Notes under the pieces: model-generated | What the model saw: only the letters and a program-made list of their open reading frames with translations | Database searches by the model: none | Told to the model about the DNA's origin: nothing | From: an uncultured delta proteobacterium | GTDB taxonomy: Bacteria > Desulfobacterota > Binatia > UBA9968 | NCBI GenBank assembly: GCA_963840855.1 | Contig: CAWJBB010000040.1 | Span: forward strand, 1-64,000 | Length of the DNA stretch: 64,000 nucleotides | Direction: 5' to 3' | In this document: positions 1 through 9,507 of the stretch, one piece after another | Layout: every line of letters begins with the position of its first letter | How positions within the stretch are numbered: the first letter of the stretch is position 1 | Position numbers and translations under genes: made by a program

Positions 1-220
1 AGCCGCCTCAAACAGGTTCCTCGCGGGGTATGATCCTCAGTCAATCTTTATGACTCGTGCGAAGGCGCGAAGAAAAATTTCTTCCCAATGCTCCGAACTT
101 GGCGAGGTTTGCGTCTTTGCGCGATCCCTTTTATTGAAGTCTTTCTGTACCTCGTTCCGGTTGACCGCTGCGCCCTTGGATTGGTAAAAAGACTTTTCAA
201 ATCTAACAGGAGAAGTATTC

Positions 221-1349
221 ATGAGCGAAACAAACTTGCCCGAGTTTGGCATTAGCAAAAACGTAAAACAGATCGGCCGAACGGACGTGGCGGGGGGTGG
301 CCAGGTGGTCGTCGAGAACGGCTATGCTTACGTCGGTCACATGGACCCGCCCCACGGCACGTCGATCCTCGATGTCAAAGACCCCAAGCACCCCAAAGTT
401 ATCGCAGAGGTTGAAATCCCGCGCGGCATTCATTCGCAAGGTCCGGGTCAGCGGCGATGTCATGCTAGTGAATCTTGAGAGATATCAAAGTAAAGAGAAG
501 CAGCCGACCGGTTTGAAAATTTACGACATTTCAAACCGGGAGAAACCGAAAGAGATCGCATTTTTCCAAACCAATGGCGGCGTTCATCGCTTCACCTTCG
601 ATGGACGCTACGCCTACATCTCCGCGCATCTGGAGGGATATGTCGGGCGCATCGTCATGATACTGGATCTCAAGGAACCGGCGCGCCCCGAAGAAGTGGG
701 ACGCTGGTGGATGCCCGGACAGTGGACCGGCGGCGGCGAGACGCCAACTTGGGAAGGCTCCGCGCATCAGTGCCACCACCTGATCAGGCGCGGCGACCGG
801 CTCTATGTCAGCTATTGGCATGGCGGGTTCGTTATTCTGGATATCGCCGATATGAGCCGGCCAAAATTTGTCAGCGGTTTCAACTGGTCGCCGCCCTATC
901 CATCGCCGATCCATACGACCTTGCCGATACCTTGGAAGCTCATGAACCGCGACGTGATGGTCGTCGTCGACGAGGAGGCAGGCAAGCGGGCGCCGACGCC
1001 GCCGGCCTTCATGTGGGTGGTCGATATCACGGATGAGACGCGGCCCGTGCCGATCGCGACTTACTCTCCGGCGGCGGCCGCCGGCATCGCTCCGGGAAAT
1101 CAGTACGGCGCGCACCAACCCGCCGAACAAGTCTATGACAACAAAATGTTCGTGACCTGGTTCAGCGGTGGCTTGCGCATAGTCGACATCAGCAATCCAT
1201 ACCTTCCGACCGAGCTCGGCTACTACGTGCCCGAACCGGGGCGCGGGCAAAAGACCGTCAAAAGCAACGATATTTACCGCGCCGACAACGGTTTGTTGTA
1301 TTTAATCGACCGCCTCGACGGACTGGAGATACTCGAAAGCGAAGTGTAA
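221..1349 (+). CDS. LVIVD-repeat beta-propeller protein, frameshifted near 437
   Basis: ORFs 221..478 and 297..1349 join at GIHS/KVRV (expected HSHKV, 2-nt loss). Repeated ILDV.DP..P, GLRIVDISNP and LYVSYW motifs; RBS AGGAG at 208. Confidence 0.8.
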
Positions 1350-1401
1350 GCATCTGCTTCTTAACAACCGGCTCATTGACTACCATAACAGTATAACAGC
1401 C

Positions 1402-1620
1402 ATGGCGAACCTCTATTACAACGACCGGCTGATTATCGCCCACGCGTCCTTGAATCAGAGCGACAAAACCTGGAGCGCGGGGGCCGAGATCACCTGGAAA
1501 CAGAACGACCAGCGGCGCTCGCACTCCATCGGTGGATTAACGGATAAATTCAAAACGGCCGAGGACGCGGAGAAGTTTGTCGTCAATCTGGCGAAAACAT
1601 GGATCGACGCAAACCCATGA
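1402..1620 (+). CDS. small hypothetical protein (72 aa)
   Basis: ATG-started ORF with protein-like composition filling an intergenic gap. Confidence 0.55.
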   Translation: MANLYYNDRLIIAHASLNQSDKTWSAGAEITWKQNDQRRSHSIGGLTDKFKTAEDAEKFVVNLAKTWIDANP

Positions 1621-1764
1621 CTTTTATTCTCCTTCGCCGAATACCTCGCAGCTTGCTGCAAGGATGAAGGCGAGGAGAACCCTCCGTAGCCTTGGCGAAG
1701 GAGGGTGGAAAGGCTTCGGGGAATTTCGCAAAGACACCTCGGAGCTTTTCTCCGAGGAGCTTCA
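1621..1764. repeat. palindromic repeat cluster (IS200/IS605-end-like hairpins with an embedded REP)
   Basis: Hairpins CCTCGCAGCTTGCTGCAAGG and CCTCGGAGCTTTTCTCCGAGG followed by AGCTTCA; inner CCTCCGTAGCCTTGGCGAAGGAGGG. Confidence 0.5.
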
Positions 1765-2799
1765 TTTCGCTTCCTTGATCTCCACTTTGCCGACGCGTTT
1801 GATGGCATCCGCGAGCATCTTGGCATCCTTGTCCCAAAATTTCTGGAAGTCAGGCGCGTCGAGATAGGCGATGGGAGTCTCAAGTTTTTCCATCGCTGCT
1901 TTGAATTCGGCGGCGTTCACCGCCTGCTTTACACTTTCGCGGATTTTTTTCATCACCGGGTCCGGCGTCCCCCGCGGCGCGAAGAGCCCGGCCCAGATGT
2001 AAAATTCGATATCGTAGCCGAGCTCCTTGAACGTCGGCAGATCGGGTAATGCCGCCACTCTTTTTGCGCCCCACCCGGCCAGGGGCCGCAGTTTTCCCGC
2101 CTTGATTTGCGGGATCACCACAGCCGGTCCCGATGCCAAGGTGTCCACGTGGCCGCCGAGGAGCGCGGTGAGGGCCGGGCCCGCCCCGGAGTATGGCACA
2201 TGCTTCAGGCCGATCCCTGCCGCATGGGTGAGCAGCTCCATCGCCATGTGCAAGGTCCCATACACGCCTGAAGAAGAATAGGAAATTTCACCCGGCCGTT
2301 TTTTCGCGTCTTCTACAAACTCCTTGACGTTCTTCCACGGGCGATCCGCGTGCACGACAAATACCGTAGGATCGGCGGAGATCAAAGCGATGGGAATGAG
2401 CTGGTCCATGGTGTACGCGGGTTTGCGGTCGAAGAGTTTGTCCGCCTCCGGAATGATAGAGATGCTGGACAGGGCCATGAGAAGATTATAGCCATCGGGT
2501 TTGCTGTTGGCGACGAACGACATCCCTACGGCCCCCGCCGCTCCGGTCTTATTCGCGACCACGACCGGATTCTTGAGCACCTTCTCCATCGCGGCGGCGA
2601 CGGGACGAGCGGTAAGATCGGCCACGCCGCCGGGGGGGAACGGAGCGACGATGGTAATCGCGCGGTTCGGAAAACTCTCTTGTCCGAATGATTTAACAGA
2701 TGGACCGAGAAGAAAAACCAGCAGGGCCGCAAATGTTGAAATCCACGTGAAACCGTGGAGGTGCCGCCTTCGAATATCTGGGCCGTGTAATTCTCTCAT
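1762..2799 (-). CDS. tctC: tripartite tricarboxylate transporter substrate-binding protein (Bug/TctC)
   Basis: PFPPGG..D, N.TGAAG, PDGY, HVPYSG motifs; downstream of tctA. Confidence 0.9.
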   Translation of the reverse strand: MRELHGPDIRRRHLHGFTWISTFAALLVFLLGPSVKSFGQESFPNRAITIVAPFPPGGVADLTARPVAAAMEKVLKNPVVVANKTGAAGAVGMSFVANSKPDGYNLLMALSSISIIPEADKLFDRKPAYTMDQLIPIALISADPTVFVVHADRPWKNVKEFVEDAKKRPGEISYSSSGVYGTLHMAMELLTHAAGIGLKHVPYSGAGPALTALLGGHVDTLASGPAVVIPQIKAGKLRPLAGWGAKRVAALPDLPTFKELGYDIEFYIWAGLFAPRGTPDPVMKKIRESVKQAVNAAEFKAAMEKLETPIAYLDAPDFQKFWDKDAKMLADAIKRVGKVEIKEAK

Positions 2800-2824
2800 T
2801 TTTCACCTCCCGTAAATGAATCGC

Positions 2825-4360
2825 TCAGCGGTTTTTCTCGTCTTGAGCCGGGACAAATACGATCTTGTCCCGCCAAGCCACCTTCTTCGTAAAGACGGAA
2901 ATAACGCTTAGCAACAGGAGCGCCAGTCCCGCCATCAGTAACACCGACGCGATGGGCCGGGTGAGAAAGATGCTATAGCTGCCCGAGGACATCGCGAGAG
3001 ATTGGCGAAAGCTCATCTCCATCATCGGCGCCAATACCAGCCCCAATACTACCGGCGCCGCCTCGAAGTCAAACTTGCGTAGCCCGTAGCCGAGCGCGCC
3101 CATCACAGTCATGATTCCGACATCGACAACGCTACCGTTGACCGCGTAAACGCCGAGAACGCAAAAAATGAGAATTGCCGGATAGAGCAACGGGTAAGGA
3201 ATTCTCAAGAGGTTAACAAAAATCCCTACGAGCGGCAGATTGAGGATCAAAAGGACGACGTTGCCTACGTACATACTGGCGATGAAGCCCCAGAAGAGCT
3301 CCGGCTTTTGTGAAATCAGCAGCGGCCCGGGCGCGATTCCATGCACCATCATGGCGGCGATCATCACGGCGGGGATAGGTCCGGATGGAACACCCAACGC
3401 GAGCATGGGAACAAAGGCTCCTGAGGTCGCCGAGTTGTTGGCCGATTCCGGACCGGCAACACCCTCGATGGCGCCTTGACCAAAGCGCTCCGGATGTTTG
3501 GAAAGGCGCCGTTCCACCGCGTACGAGACGAACGACGAGATAATGTGGGCAGAACCCGGTATTATGCCGATGAAAAACCCAAGAATCGTGCCGCGGCCGA
3601 TCGGCCAGAGCGAGTCACGCCATTCCTCGCGCGAAGGGAAAAGTTCTCCCAGCCGGGGCTTGATGACCTCGGGCGCGCTAGCCTGCCCCGCGGTCAGAAG
3701 GATCTCTGCTAGTCCGAATAACCCCACGGCCACCGGAACAACTCCAATCCCATCGCCCAGCTCGACCAACCCATAATTGAAACGAAAAAATCCGGTCATC
3801 GGGTCGATGCCGATCATGCCGAGGAGTAATCCCAACATTCCCATTGCCAGCGACTTTAGCGTGGAGCCGCTGCTCATGTAGGCGAGCGCGAGAAGGCCGA
3901 GCAGCAAAAGGGCAAAATATTCGGGTGGTCCGAAGCGAAGCGCGAAACTTGCTAAAGGCGGCGCCAGTAACATGAGACCGATAACGCTAAGGGTCCCGGC
4001 GATATAAGATCCCGCTGCCGCGATGGCCAGAGCCGGGCCGGCTCTCCCTTTGCGCGTCATTGCGTAGCCGTCGATGCAGGTCATGACCGAGGCCGCTTCA
4101 CCCGGAATGCGCATCAGTATCGAAGTCGTAGAGCCGCCGTACATCGCGCCGTAGTAGATTCCCGCCAGAAGCACGATCGCGGAAGTCGCATCCAAACCGA
4201 AGGATGCGGGAAGGAGCAAGCTGATACCGGCCAGCGGCCCCACACCCGGCAGGACGCCTACGAGTGTGCCGATAACGCAACCGATGAAAGCATAGAAAAG
4301 GACGCTGGGTGTGAGCGCGACTGAAAAGCCGAGAAAAAGATTTTGCAGAGTTTCAGTCAT
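2825..4360 (-). CDS. tctA: tripartite tricarboxylate transporter permease TctA
   Basis: GVLPGVG, YYGAMYGGS, GVAGPESANN signature; highly hydrophobic. Confidence 0.95.
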   Translation of the reverse strand: MTETLQNLFLGFSVALTPSVLFYAFIGCVIGTLVGVLPGVGPLAGISLLLPASFGLDATSAIVLLAGIYYGAMYGGSTTSILMRIPGEAASVMTCIDGYAMTRKGRAGPALAIAAAGSYIAGTLSVIGLMLLAPPLASFALRFGPPEYFALLLLGLLALAYMSSGSTLKSLAMGMLGLLLGMIGIDPMTGFFRFNYGLVELGDGIGVVPVAVGLFGLAEILLTAGQASAPEVIKPRLGELFPSREEWRDSLWPIGRGTILGFFIGIIPGSAHIISSFVSYAVERRLSKHPERFGQGAIEGVAGPESANNSATSGAFVPMLALGVPSGPIPAVMIAAMMVHGIAPGPLLISQKPELFWGFIASMYVGNVVLLILNLPLVGIFVNLLRIPYPLLYPAILIFCVLGVYAVNGSVVDVGIMTVMGALGYGLRKFDFEAAPVVLGLVLAPMMEMSFRQSLAMSSGSYSIFLTRPIASVLLMAGLALLLLSVISVFTKKVAWRDKIVFVPAQDEKNR

Positions 4361-4734
4361 CGCTTCCGCTATAAAACAAAAACTTCAGTCTTTCGTGTGG
4401 CTAATCCCTCACCACGAAGCGCAGAAGAACAAACTCAAGACAATTAATCACAAAGAGCCTAGCGCGGCTACGCCGCAACCGAAACTAGGAATATCTCGCG
4501 CAAAGCATGTCCTGAGCAAAGTCGAAGGGACGCCAAGGCCGCAAAGGTCGGAGAAAAATGGTGAAGGTCGTTTGTAAGATTATCAATCTTTCCCTTCCGA
4601 ACTTGGCGTGCTTTGCCCGTTCGACGTTGCTCAGGGTGGTGAGACCTGTATGATGGATGTTAGGTGTAACCACAAGTCCTCTTTAGCGAGTATAGTGATT
4701 CATCAAATCGCCATTGAGCGAAGGAGGACATCAG

Positions 4735-5811
4735 ATGAACAGCAAAGCGTTTATTCCCCGCGACTACGACGTGTTTGCGGGACTGGATGTGGGCAAGAAA
4801 AGTATCTCGGTGACCTTTACCAATCAGCAAGGGTTTATTCGCTCCTTGCGCGTGCCGTATAGCGCGGAGCATCTTGTGAACCACGTGCGTAAACATTTTC
4901 CCGATCAGAAAGTGGCCTTTGCCTACGAGGCGGGACCGACGGGCTACGGCTTGTACGATGGGATTGTGGCTCAAGATTACCCGTGCCTGATCGCTTCGCC
5001 ATCGATGATCCCCAAAGCGCCCGGACAAAGAGTGAAGACCAATCGGCTCGACAGTCGAGGTATTTCGGAGAATCTTCGTGGCGGACAGCTCAAGAGCATT
5101 CATGTCCCCGCTGTCCTGTACCGTGAGCTGCGCCATTTGACTCAGCTGCGCGACACCTTTGTCAGCGCGATGGTGGCGATGAAGCAGCGCATCAAGTCGC
5201 TGTTGCTTATGGAAGGGCTGGAGTTTCCCCCGGCCCCCGCCGGTAGTCAGTGGTCGTTCATGGTGAAGGCTAAACTGAGAAAGCTTCCCTGTTCTTCGAC
5301 CGTGCGTTTTGAGCTTGATCAGTTGCTTGACAGTCTGGAGTTCAACGAGAAGCAGATCGTTAAGACAACCCAACAGATCCGCCGCTTGTGTCAGAACGAT
5401 GCCGAATTGTCCCAGTGTATAAAGTACGTGATGAGCGTGTCCGGGATTGGCCAGATTGTGGCCAGTCAGCTTTTGGCTAGGATCGGCGATTGGCGTGAGC
5501 TGAGAAACGTGCGCCAACTGGGAGCCTTTCTCGGCTTGGTCCCTACCGAGAACTCCACCGGAGAGCGAACCGATCGAGGATCGATCACTCACAGCGGAGA
5601 CCCGCGGCTGAGAAGCAAACTCATCCAAGCCGCCTGGTCGGCGATCCGAAAAGACGGTGAGCTGAGGGAATTTTTCCGGGCGGTGTGCCAGAGCCATGCG
5701 CGCCCGGTGGCGTCGCGGGTGGCCATTGTGGCGGTGGCCAGAAAACTCACGGTACTGATTTCGGTGGTCTTGATGGAACAAAGACCCTATGTAGTGAGGA
5801 AAAAAGTTTAA
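4735..5811 (+). CDS. IS110-family DEDD recombinase/transposase
   Basis: GLDVGK, YEAGPTG, KTNRLD and C-terminal FLGLVP..NSTG ... AVARKL; RBS AAGGAGG at 4721. Confidence 0.93.
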   Translation: MNSKAFIPRDYDVFAGLDVGKKSISVTFTNQQGFIRSLRVPYSAEHLVNHVRKHFPDQKVAFAYEAGPTGYGLYDGIVAQDYPCLIASPSMIPKAPGQRVKTNRLDSRGISENLRGGQLKSIHVPAVLYRELRHLTQLRDTFVSAMVAMKQRIKSLLLMEGLEFPPAPAGSQWSFMVKAKLRKLPCSSTVRFELDQLLDSLEFNEKQIVKTTQQIRRLCQNDAELSQCIKYVMSVSGIGQIVASQLLARIGDWRELRNVRQLGAFLGLVPTENSTGERTDRGSITHSGDPRLRSKLIQAAWSAIRKDGELREFFRAVCQSHARPVASRVAIVAVARKLTVLISVVLMEQRPYVVRKKV

Positions 5812-5823
5812 TCGGCTCCTTTG

Positions 5824-6008
5824 ACCCAAGAGGAGACCGTGCCCCAGGGAACGCCTCGACGATAGACAGAACCGGGAGAGACAAACTCCTGACGGTTCGA
5901 TCCATGAGATAGAGAGCCCGGGGCCGAGTGCCTTAGAGAGGGGCGCATGCCAAGTCAGTGTGACGGCCATGGTGCCGTGCCACGTATAGCAGTCAGTCTC
6001 TCTTGGGT
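5824..6008 (+). ncRNA. predicted bridge/seek RNA of the IS110 element
   Basis: Closing stem 5824-5837/5996-6008; two hairpins flanked by segments matching the target (CGATAGAC, TGAG) and donor (CAAGTC, ATAGCAG) sites. Confidence 0.7.
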
Positions 6009-6054
6009 GGGGAAGGAAAAGAGTCATAAGAAAATAAGAGGGCGGTGCCGTGAC

Positions 6055-6060
6055 TTGACA
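6055..6060 (+). promoter_or_regulatory. -35 box of the circle-junction promoter (pairs with -10 TATGAT at 4649-4654)
   Basis: On circularisation TTGACA-17 nt-TATGAT is formed. Confidence 0.8.
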
Positions 6061-6135
6061 TCCACATAGCAGTCTATCGAACCACGCCTTGGCGCGAGTC
6101 AATCCCCGCATTGGAGTATTTCAGGTTACCCCACT

Positions 6136-6579
6136 TCAAAACCCAAACGGCCCCGGCGGCAAAGGCACGCGCAAGACTGAATGGAACAAAAAGAACGAGC
6201 CAAACGACAGGACGAAGGCAAACGTTAAAGACAATGCCCAACCGCGCTTTTCGACAAGCTTGAGAAGAAATGTCAGCGCAAGCAGCATGGTGAGGCGGTA
6301 ACCAAGACGCTCGATGGCGAAAACGGCAAAGGCGCACATGGCCAAGATCGCCAGCGCGTGGCGCCACTCGGTCCAACTGAGCGAAGATAATAACGGGGCG
6401 CGGCGCGCCGAGACTATGAGAATAAAGCCGAAAATCGCAAGCAGTGACGCAAGCAGGACCGGAACAAAGGCGGGGCCGGGCAGACGAAAAGTTCCCAGCG
6501 GGAGTTGACGGCTCTCCCAGATCACCAGAAGCGCAAAGAGAACCAGCGCGCTTCCCGAAACCCGGTTTGTCGTCAACAT
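6136..6579 (-). CDS. tctB: tripartite tricarboxylate transporter TctB
   Basis: 4-TM small protein, GPAFVP and C-terminal LRVPLP.G motif; upstream of tctA. Confidence 0.9.
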   Translation of the reverse strand: MLTTNRVSGSALVLFALLVIWESRQLPLGTFRLPGPAFVPVLLASLLAIFGFILIVSARRAPLLSSLSWTEWRHALAILAMCAFAVFAIERLGYRLTMLLALTFLLKLVEKRGWALSLTFAFVLSFGSFFLFHSVLRVPLPPGPFGF

Positions 6580-6619
6580 GGCGCGGATCTTAGCAAGGCG
6601 ATTTAACGGTTACCAGCAG

Positions 6620-6747
6620 TCTGCTGAATAAGCCACCGTTCATCCTTCGAGATCCTCAGGACGAACGGTGGAGCAGTTGAGATCACTGGAGACTTTCCGT
6701 TCATGCTGAGCCTAGTCGAAGCATTCCTACGGTTTTTCATCAGCAGA
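6620..6747. repeat. MITE/REP doublet with CTGCTGA...TCAGCAG ends
   Basis: Terminal IR, internal CCGTTC..CCTTCGA..CTCAGGACGAACGG hairpin and GCTGAGCCTAGTCGAAGC unit. Confidence 0.6.
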
Positions 6748-6793
6748 ATCCATTTAGAAGTTTGACTCTTTGCCCGATTGTTCCCACGGTACT

Positions 6794-7876
6794 TCAGACA
6801 CTCTGCGCGCCTAAATGCTTGGCCAGAAAATCTCCCACCAGTGGACGATAGCGGAAAGGCATATTGTTGCAGACGTGGTTGCCGCCTTCGAGAAGAACCC
6901 ATTGTTTTGGGCCTGAAGCTTCGTCATAGATTCGTTTCGCCTGCTCCACCGGCACGAAATCTTTGGTGCCGTGAATAGCCAGGAGAGGACAGCGGATGTT
7001 CTGCGCCAATCCTTCGAGCGTGCAGCGACGGTGCAATTCGACGAGCTTCATTTTGTCGTAGACTTTCCAGATGTGGGCGATGCGCGCGAATTCGAAGGGA
7101 TCGTCAAGACGGTTGAGCACGCGCGAGCGGTCATACATGCCGCCCGCGAAAGCGCAGGCCTTGATGCGCTGATCGCAAGCGGCTGAACGCGGCGCGAGAT
7201 AGCCGCCCATGCTTGGCCCAAAGACGCCGAGCCGCTTGGCGTCGACTTGAGGTAATCTTTCCAAATAATCGATGACGGCAGAAGTGGCGCGCTCGAACTC
7301 GACTATGAGGCCGCCCTGAAACCAACTCTCGCCCTGCCCCGGCCCGTCGAAAGTAAAAGTCGCTAGACCGCGGCGCAAGAGCCCATCTTCCATGGTCCGG
7401 GCTTCTTCCTTGGTCGATTCAAGCCCTGAGATGATTACTACCACCGGGGGGTTTTTGATCGCCGCCGGGACGCGGAGATAGGCTGCCATCCGAAATTTTT
7501 CAAAGGGCACTTCGTGGCGCTCGGCCGGCGGTTGCAAATGCGGCGCTGCCTTGGCGTAACATTCGACGCGCTTCTTGGCGGCAGGAATATACTGGTCCAG
7601 ATCGTCCGGAGAGTTGTTGCAGCCGAAGTGATACGCCATCGCCGCCAAGAGATACGACTCGGTGGCGCTTTCCACATTGCCTTCGGCCTCGTTTTGAAGT
7701 GCAAACTTTTCGTGCTCCGCCGCCGTGGCGCACCACTCTCGGCACCAATCGTTCCACCCTTTGATGCCTGGGGCGGTCGTGATCAGATCATTGTAATCGA
7801 TCCCCTGAACGATCATGCGCGGCGCCCAGGTTTCCAACACGTGAGCGACTGTCGGGTCGGGATGTTTGGCGAGCAT
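6794..7876 (-). CDS. alpha/beta hydrolase (FrsA / 2,6-dihydroxy-pseudooxynicotine hydrolase-like)
   Basis: GLESTKEE, FDGPGQGE, nucleophile GPSMGG, HGTKD, GNH. Confidence 0.85.
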   Translation of the reverse strand: MLAKHPDPTVAHVLETWAPRMIVQGIDYNDLITTAPGIKGWNDWCREWCATAAEHEKFALQNEAEGNVESATESYLLAAMAYHFGCNNSPDDLDQYIPAAKKRVECYAKAAPHLQPPAERHEVPFEKFRMAAYLRVPAAIKNPPVVVIISGLESTKEEARTMEDGLLRRGLATFTFDGPGQGESWFQGGLIVEFERATSAVIDYLERLPQVDAKRLGVFGPSMGGYLAPRSAACDQRIKACAFAGGMYDRSRVLNRLDDPFEFARIAHIWKVYDKMKLVELHRRCTLEGLAQNIRCPLLAIHGTKDFVPVEQAKRIYDEASGPKQWVLLEGGNHVCNNMPFRYRPLVGDFLAKHLGAQSV

Positions 7877-7884
7877 GGAATCTC

Positions 7885-8523
7885 CTATACCAAAAGGATG
7901 AAGGATAAGGGATAGAGGATAAAGTAACTACAAGTCATAGCGCGGTATCCGACGACGAATTTCGGCTCTCTGATGCCCATCAGGTACACAAACATTCTGC
8001 CGGTATAGTAGATCGTATGTCCCACGGACTGAGCGCCGAGGCGGAGTCCAGGCACCGAACGCAGTTTCTCCAGACTATCGACGCCAGCGTCTTTGCGGCT
8101 TAAGAAAATATGCGGGTGACCGCTGTAGGGAGTGCCGAGAAAAATCAGCTTATCGATATCATACAGCACCCCGCTCTCGCCCAGGACCACCGCCGGCACC
8201 ACGGAGGATGTGAGAGCGCCCATGGTAAGCCCATCGGCGCGAGCGTTCCTGTAAACATGATTTGCCGCCCTTCGGCCTCCGCCCCCGGGCATGTACTCGA
8301 CGACGACGTTGGGATTTCCGGGAATATGCTTGCGGAGAAAAGACACAACGATCCGTATACGCATGTCGGCCGTGCCGCCGGGATCAGTTGCGCCGACGAC
8401 AGTGATATTTTTATCCTGGTAAAAGGAAGTCTGCGCAATCGCGTTCCCGGATATGACATGCCAGAGCAAAAGTAGCGCACCGGTCCGCGTCAAAATATTC
8501 CGCCGCAGATTCGTATTCTTCAT
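7885..8523 (-). pseudogene. 3'-truncated Bug/TctC-type binding protein
   Basis: Signal peptide, FYQDK.I, MPGGGG, DGLT; similarity stops at FVVGY and runs into a 7-mer repeat tract. Confidence 0.7.
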
Positions 8524-8575
8524 CGTCTTTCCTGAATATCGCTACTGGCGCAATTCCGTTAATATCGCTTGCGTG

Positions 8576-9433
8576 CTAACTGTCCGTTTCCCTCACACCA
8601 TTGCGTATGAAACACACCGGCATATGCGTCGTGTTGCGCGCGTAACCGATTTTGCCCTTCCCGTCGATAATAATCAGGCCGCCAGTGGCGCCGGTTTTTT
8701 CAGCGAGCAGGGCAACGGCTCGCTCTGCCGCCGATTGCGGGCCTGCTCCGTTGCGGATAAATTCTAATGCCGACTTCGCAAGCACGGCGCGCATGATCGC
8801 CTCGCCGTGGCCCGTGCAAGACACGGCGCCTAATTCATCGGCGTAGGTACCACAGCCTAAAAGCGGTGTATCGCCGACGCGGCCCGGCAGTTTGTTGAAG
8901 ATGCCCCCGGTCGAAGTCGCGACGGCGAGTTTGCCGTTTGCATCCCGCGCCACGCAGCCCACCGTGCCATGCTTTTCCTCCCAGCGCTTCTTTGCGCTCT
9001 CGACAATGAGCGCGTCGGGCGGGCATTCTGGAAAACTTATCGCCCGCGCGAATAGAAGCGCGCCGTCACCCGCAAGCAGCACGTGCCGTCCATCTTCCAT
9101 GACGCGCCGGGCGAGGCTAATCGGATTCTTTATCCCGGAAACGGCGGCGACCGCGCCGGCGCGCAGCGATGGACCATCCATGATGGCCGCGTCCATCTCG
9201 ACCTTGCCCAGGCTGTTGAGGGTTGAACCCGTGCCCGCGTTAAAGAGCGGATTGTCTTCAAGGACAATCGCGGCGGCCTCGGCGGCATCCAGCGCTGAGC
9301 CGCCGCGCTCAAGAATCTCCCAACCCACGCGGGCGGCCTGCTTGCAGCCTTCGAGCCGCGCCGGAAGACTATCATCTTTGATCGGCCCCGCGCCTCCGTG
9401 CACAATGATGGCTGGGATAAATTCCGATTTCAT
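8576..9433 (-). CDS. iaaA: isoaspartyl peptidase / L-asparaginase (Ntn hydrolase)
   Basis: VHGGAG, FNAG.G, EMDAAIMDG, HGTVG (Thr nucleophile), TSTGG, GRVGD, TGHGE. Confidence 0.9.
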   Translation of the reverse strand: MKSEFIPAIIVHGGAGPIKDDSLPARLEGCKQAARVGWEILERGGSALDAAEAAAIVLEDNPLFNAGTGSTLNSLGKVEMDAAIMDGPSLRAGAVAAVSGIKNPISLARRVMEDGRHVLLAGDGALLFARAISFPECPPDALIVESAKKRWEEKHGTVGCVARDANGKLAVATSTGGIFNKLPGRVGDTPLLGCGTYADELGAVSCTGHGEAIMRAVLAKSALEFIRNGAGPQSAAERAVALLAEKTGATGGLIIIDGKGKIGYARNTTHMPVCFIRNGVRETDS

Positions 9434-9507
9434 GAACCTTAACAAGGACCGCTTTGCGCGGCCTTCAGTCGCTCCAAATGTTCCAATCGTTCCAGTCGTC
9501 TAGGACT

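Larger units (their letters stand above)
4644..6072 (+). mobile_element. IS110-family (IS1111 group) insertion sequence
   Basis: AG/CT core at both ends (4642-4643, 6071-6072); subterminal IRs TGGATGTTAGGT / ACTTGACATCCA; long 3' non-coding end; removing it restores the REP GGTGGTGAGTCTATCGAACC. Confidence 0.9.
4461..6128. repeat. ~175-bp dispersed inverted-arm repeat interrupted by two REP insertions and an IS110
   Basis: 4461-4505, 4530-4615 and 6085-6128 align almost exactly with the uninterrupted copy at 18772-18947. Confidence 0.85.

Noticed and set aside
4660-6111. 483-aa antisense ORF spanning the IS110
   Set aside because: It is the shadow of the recombinase gene, crosses the IS boundary into the flanking repeat and has no motifs.
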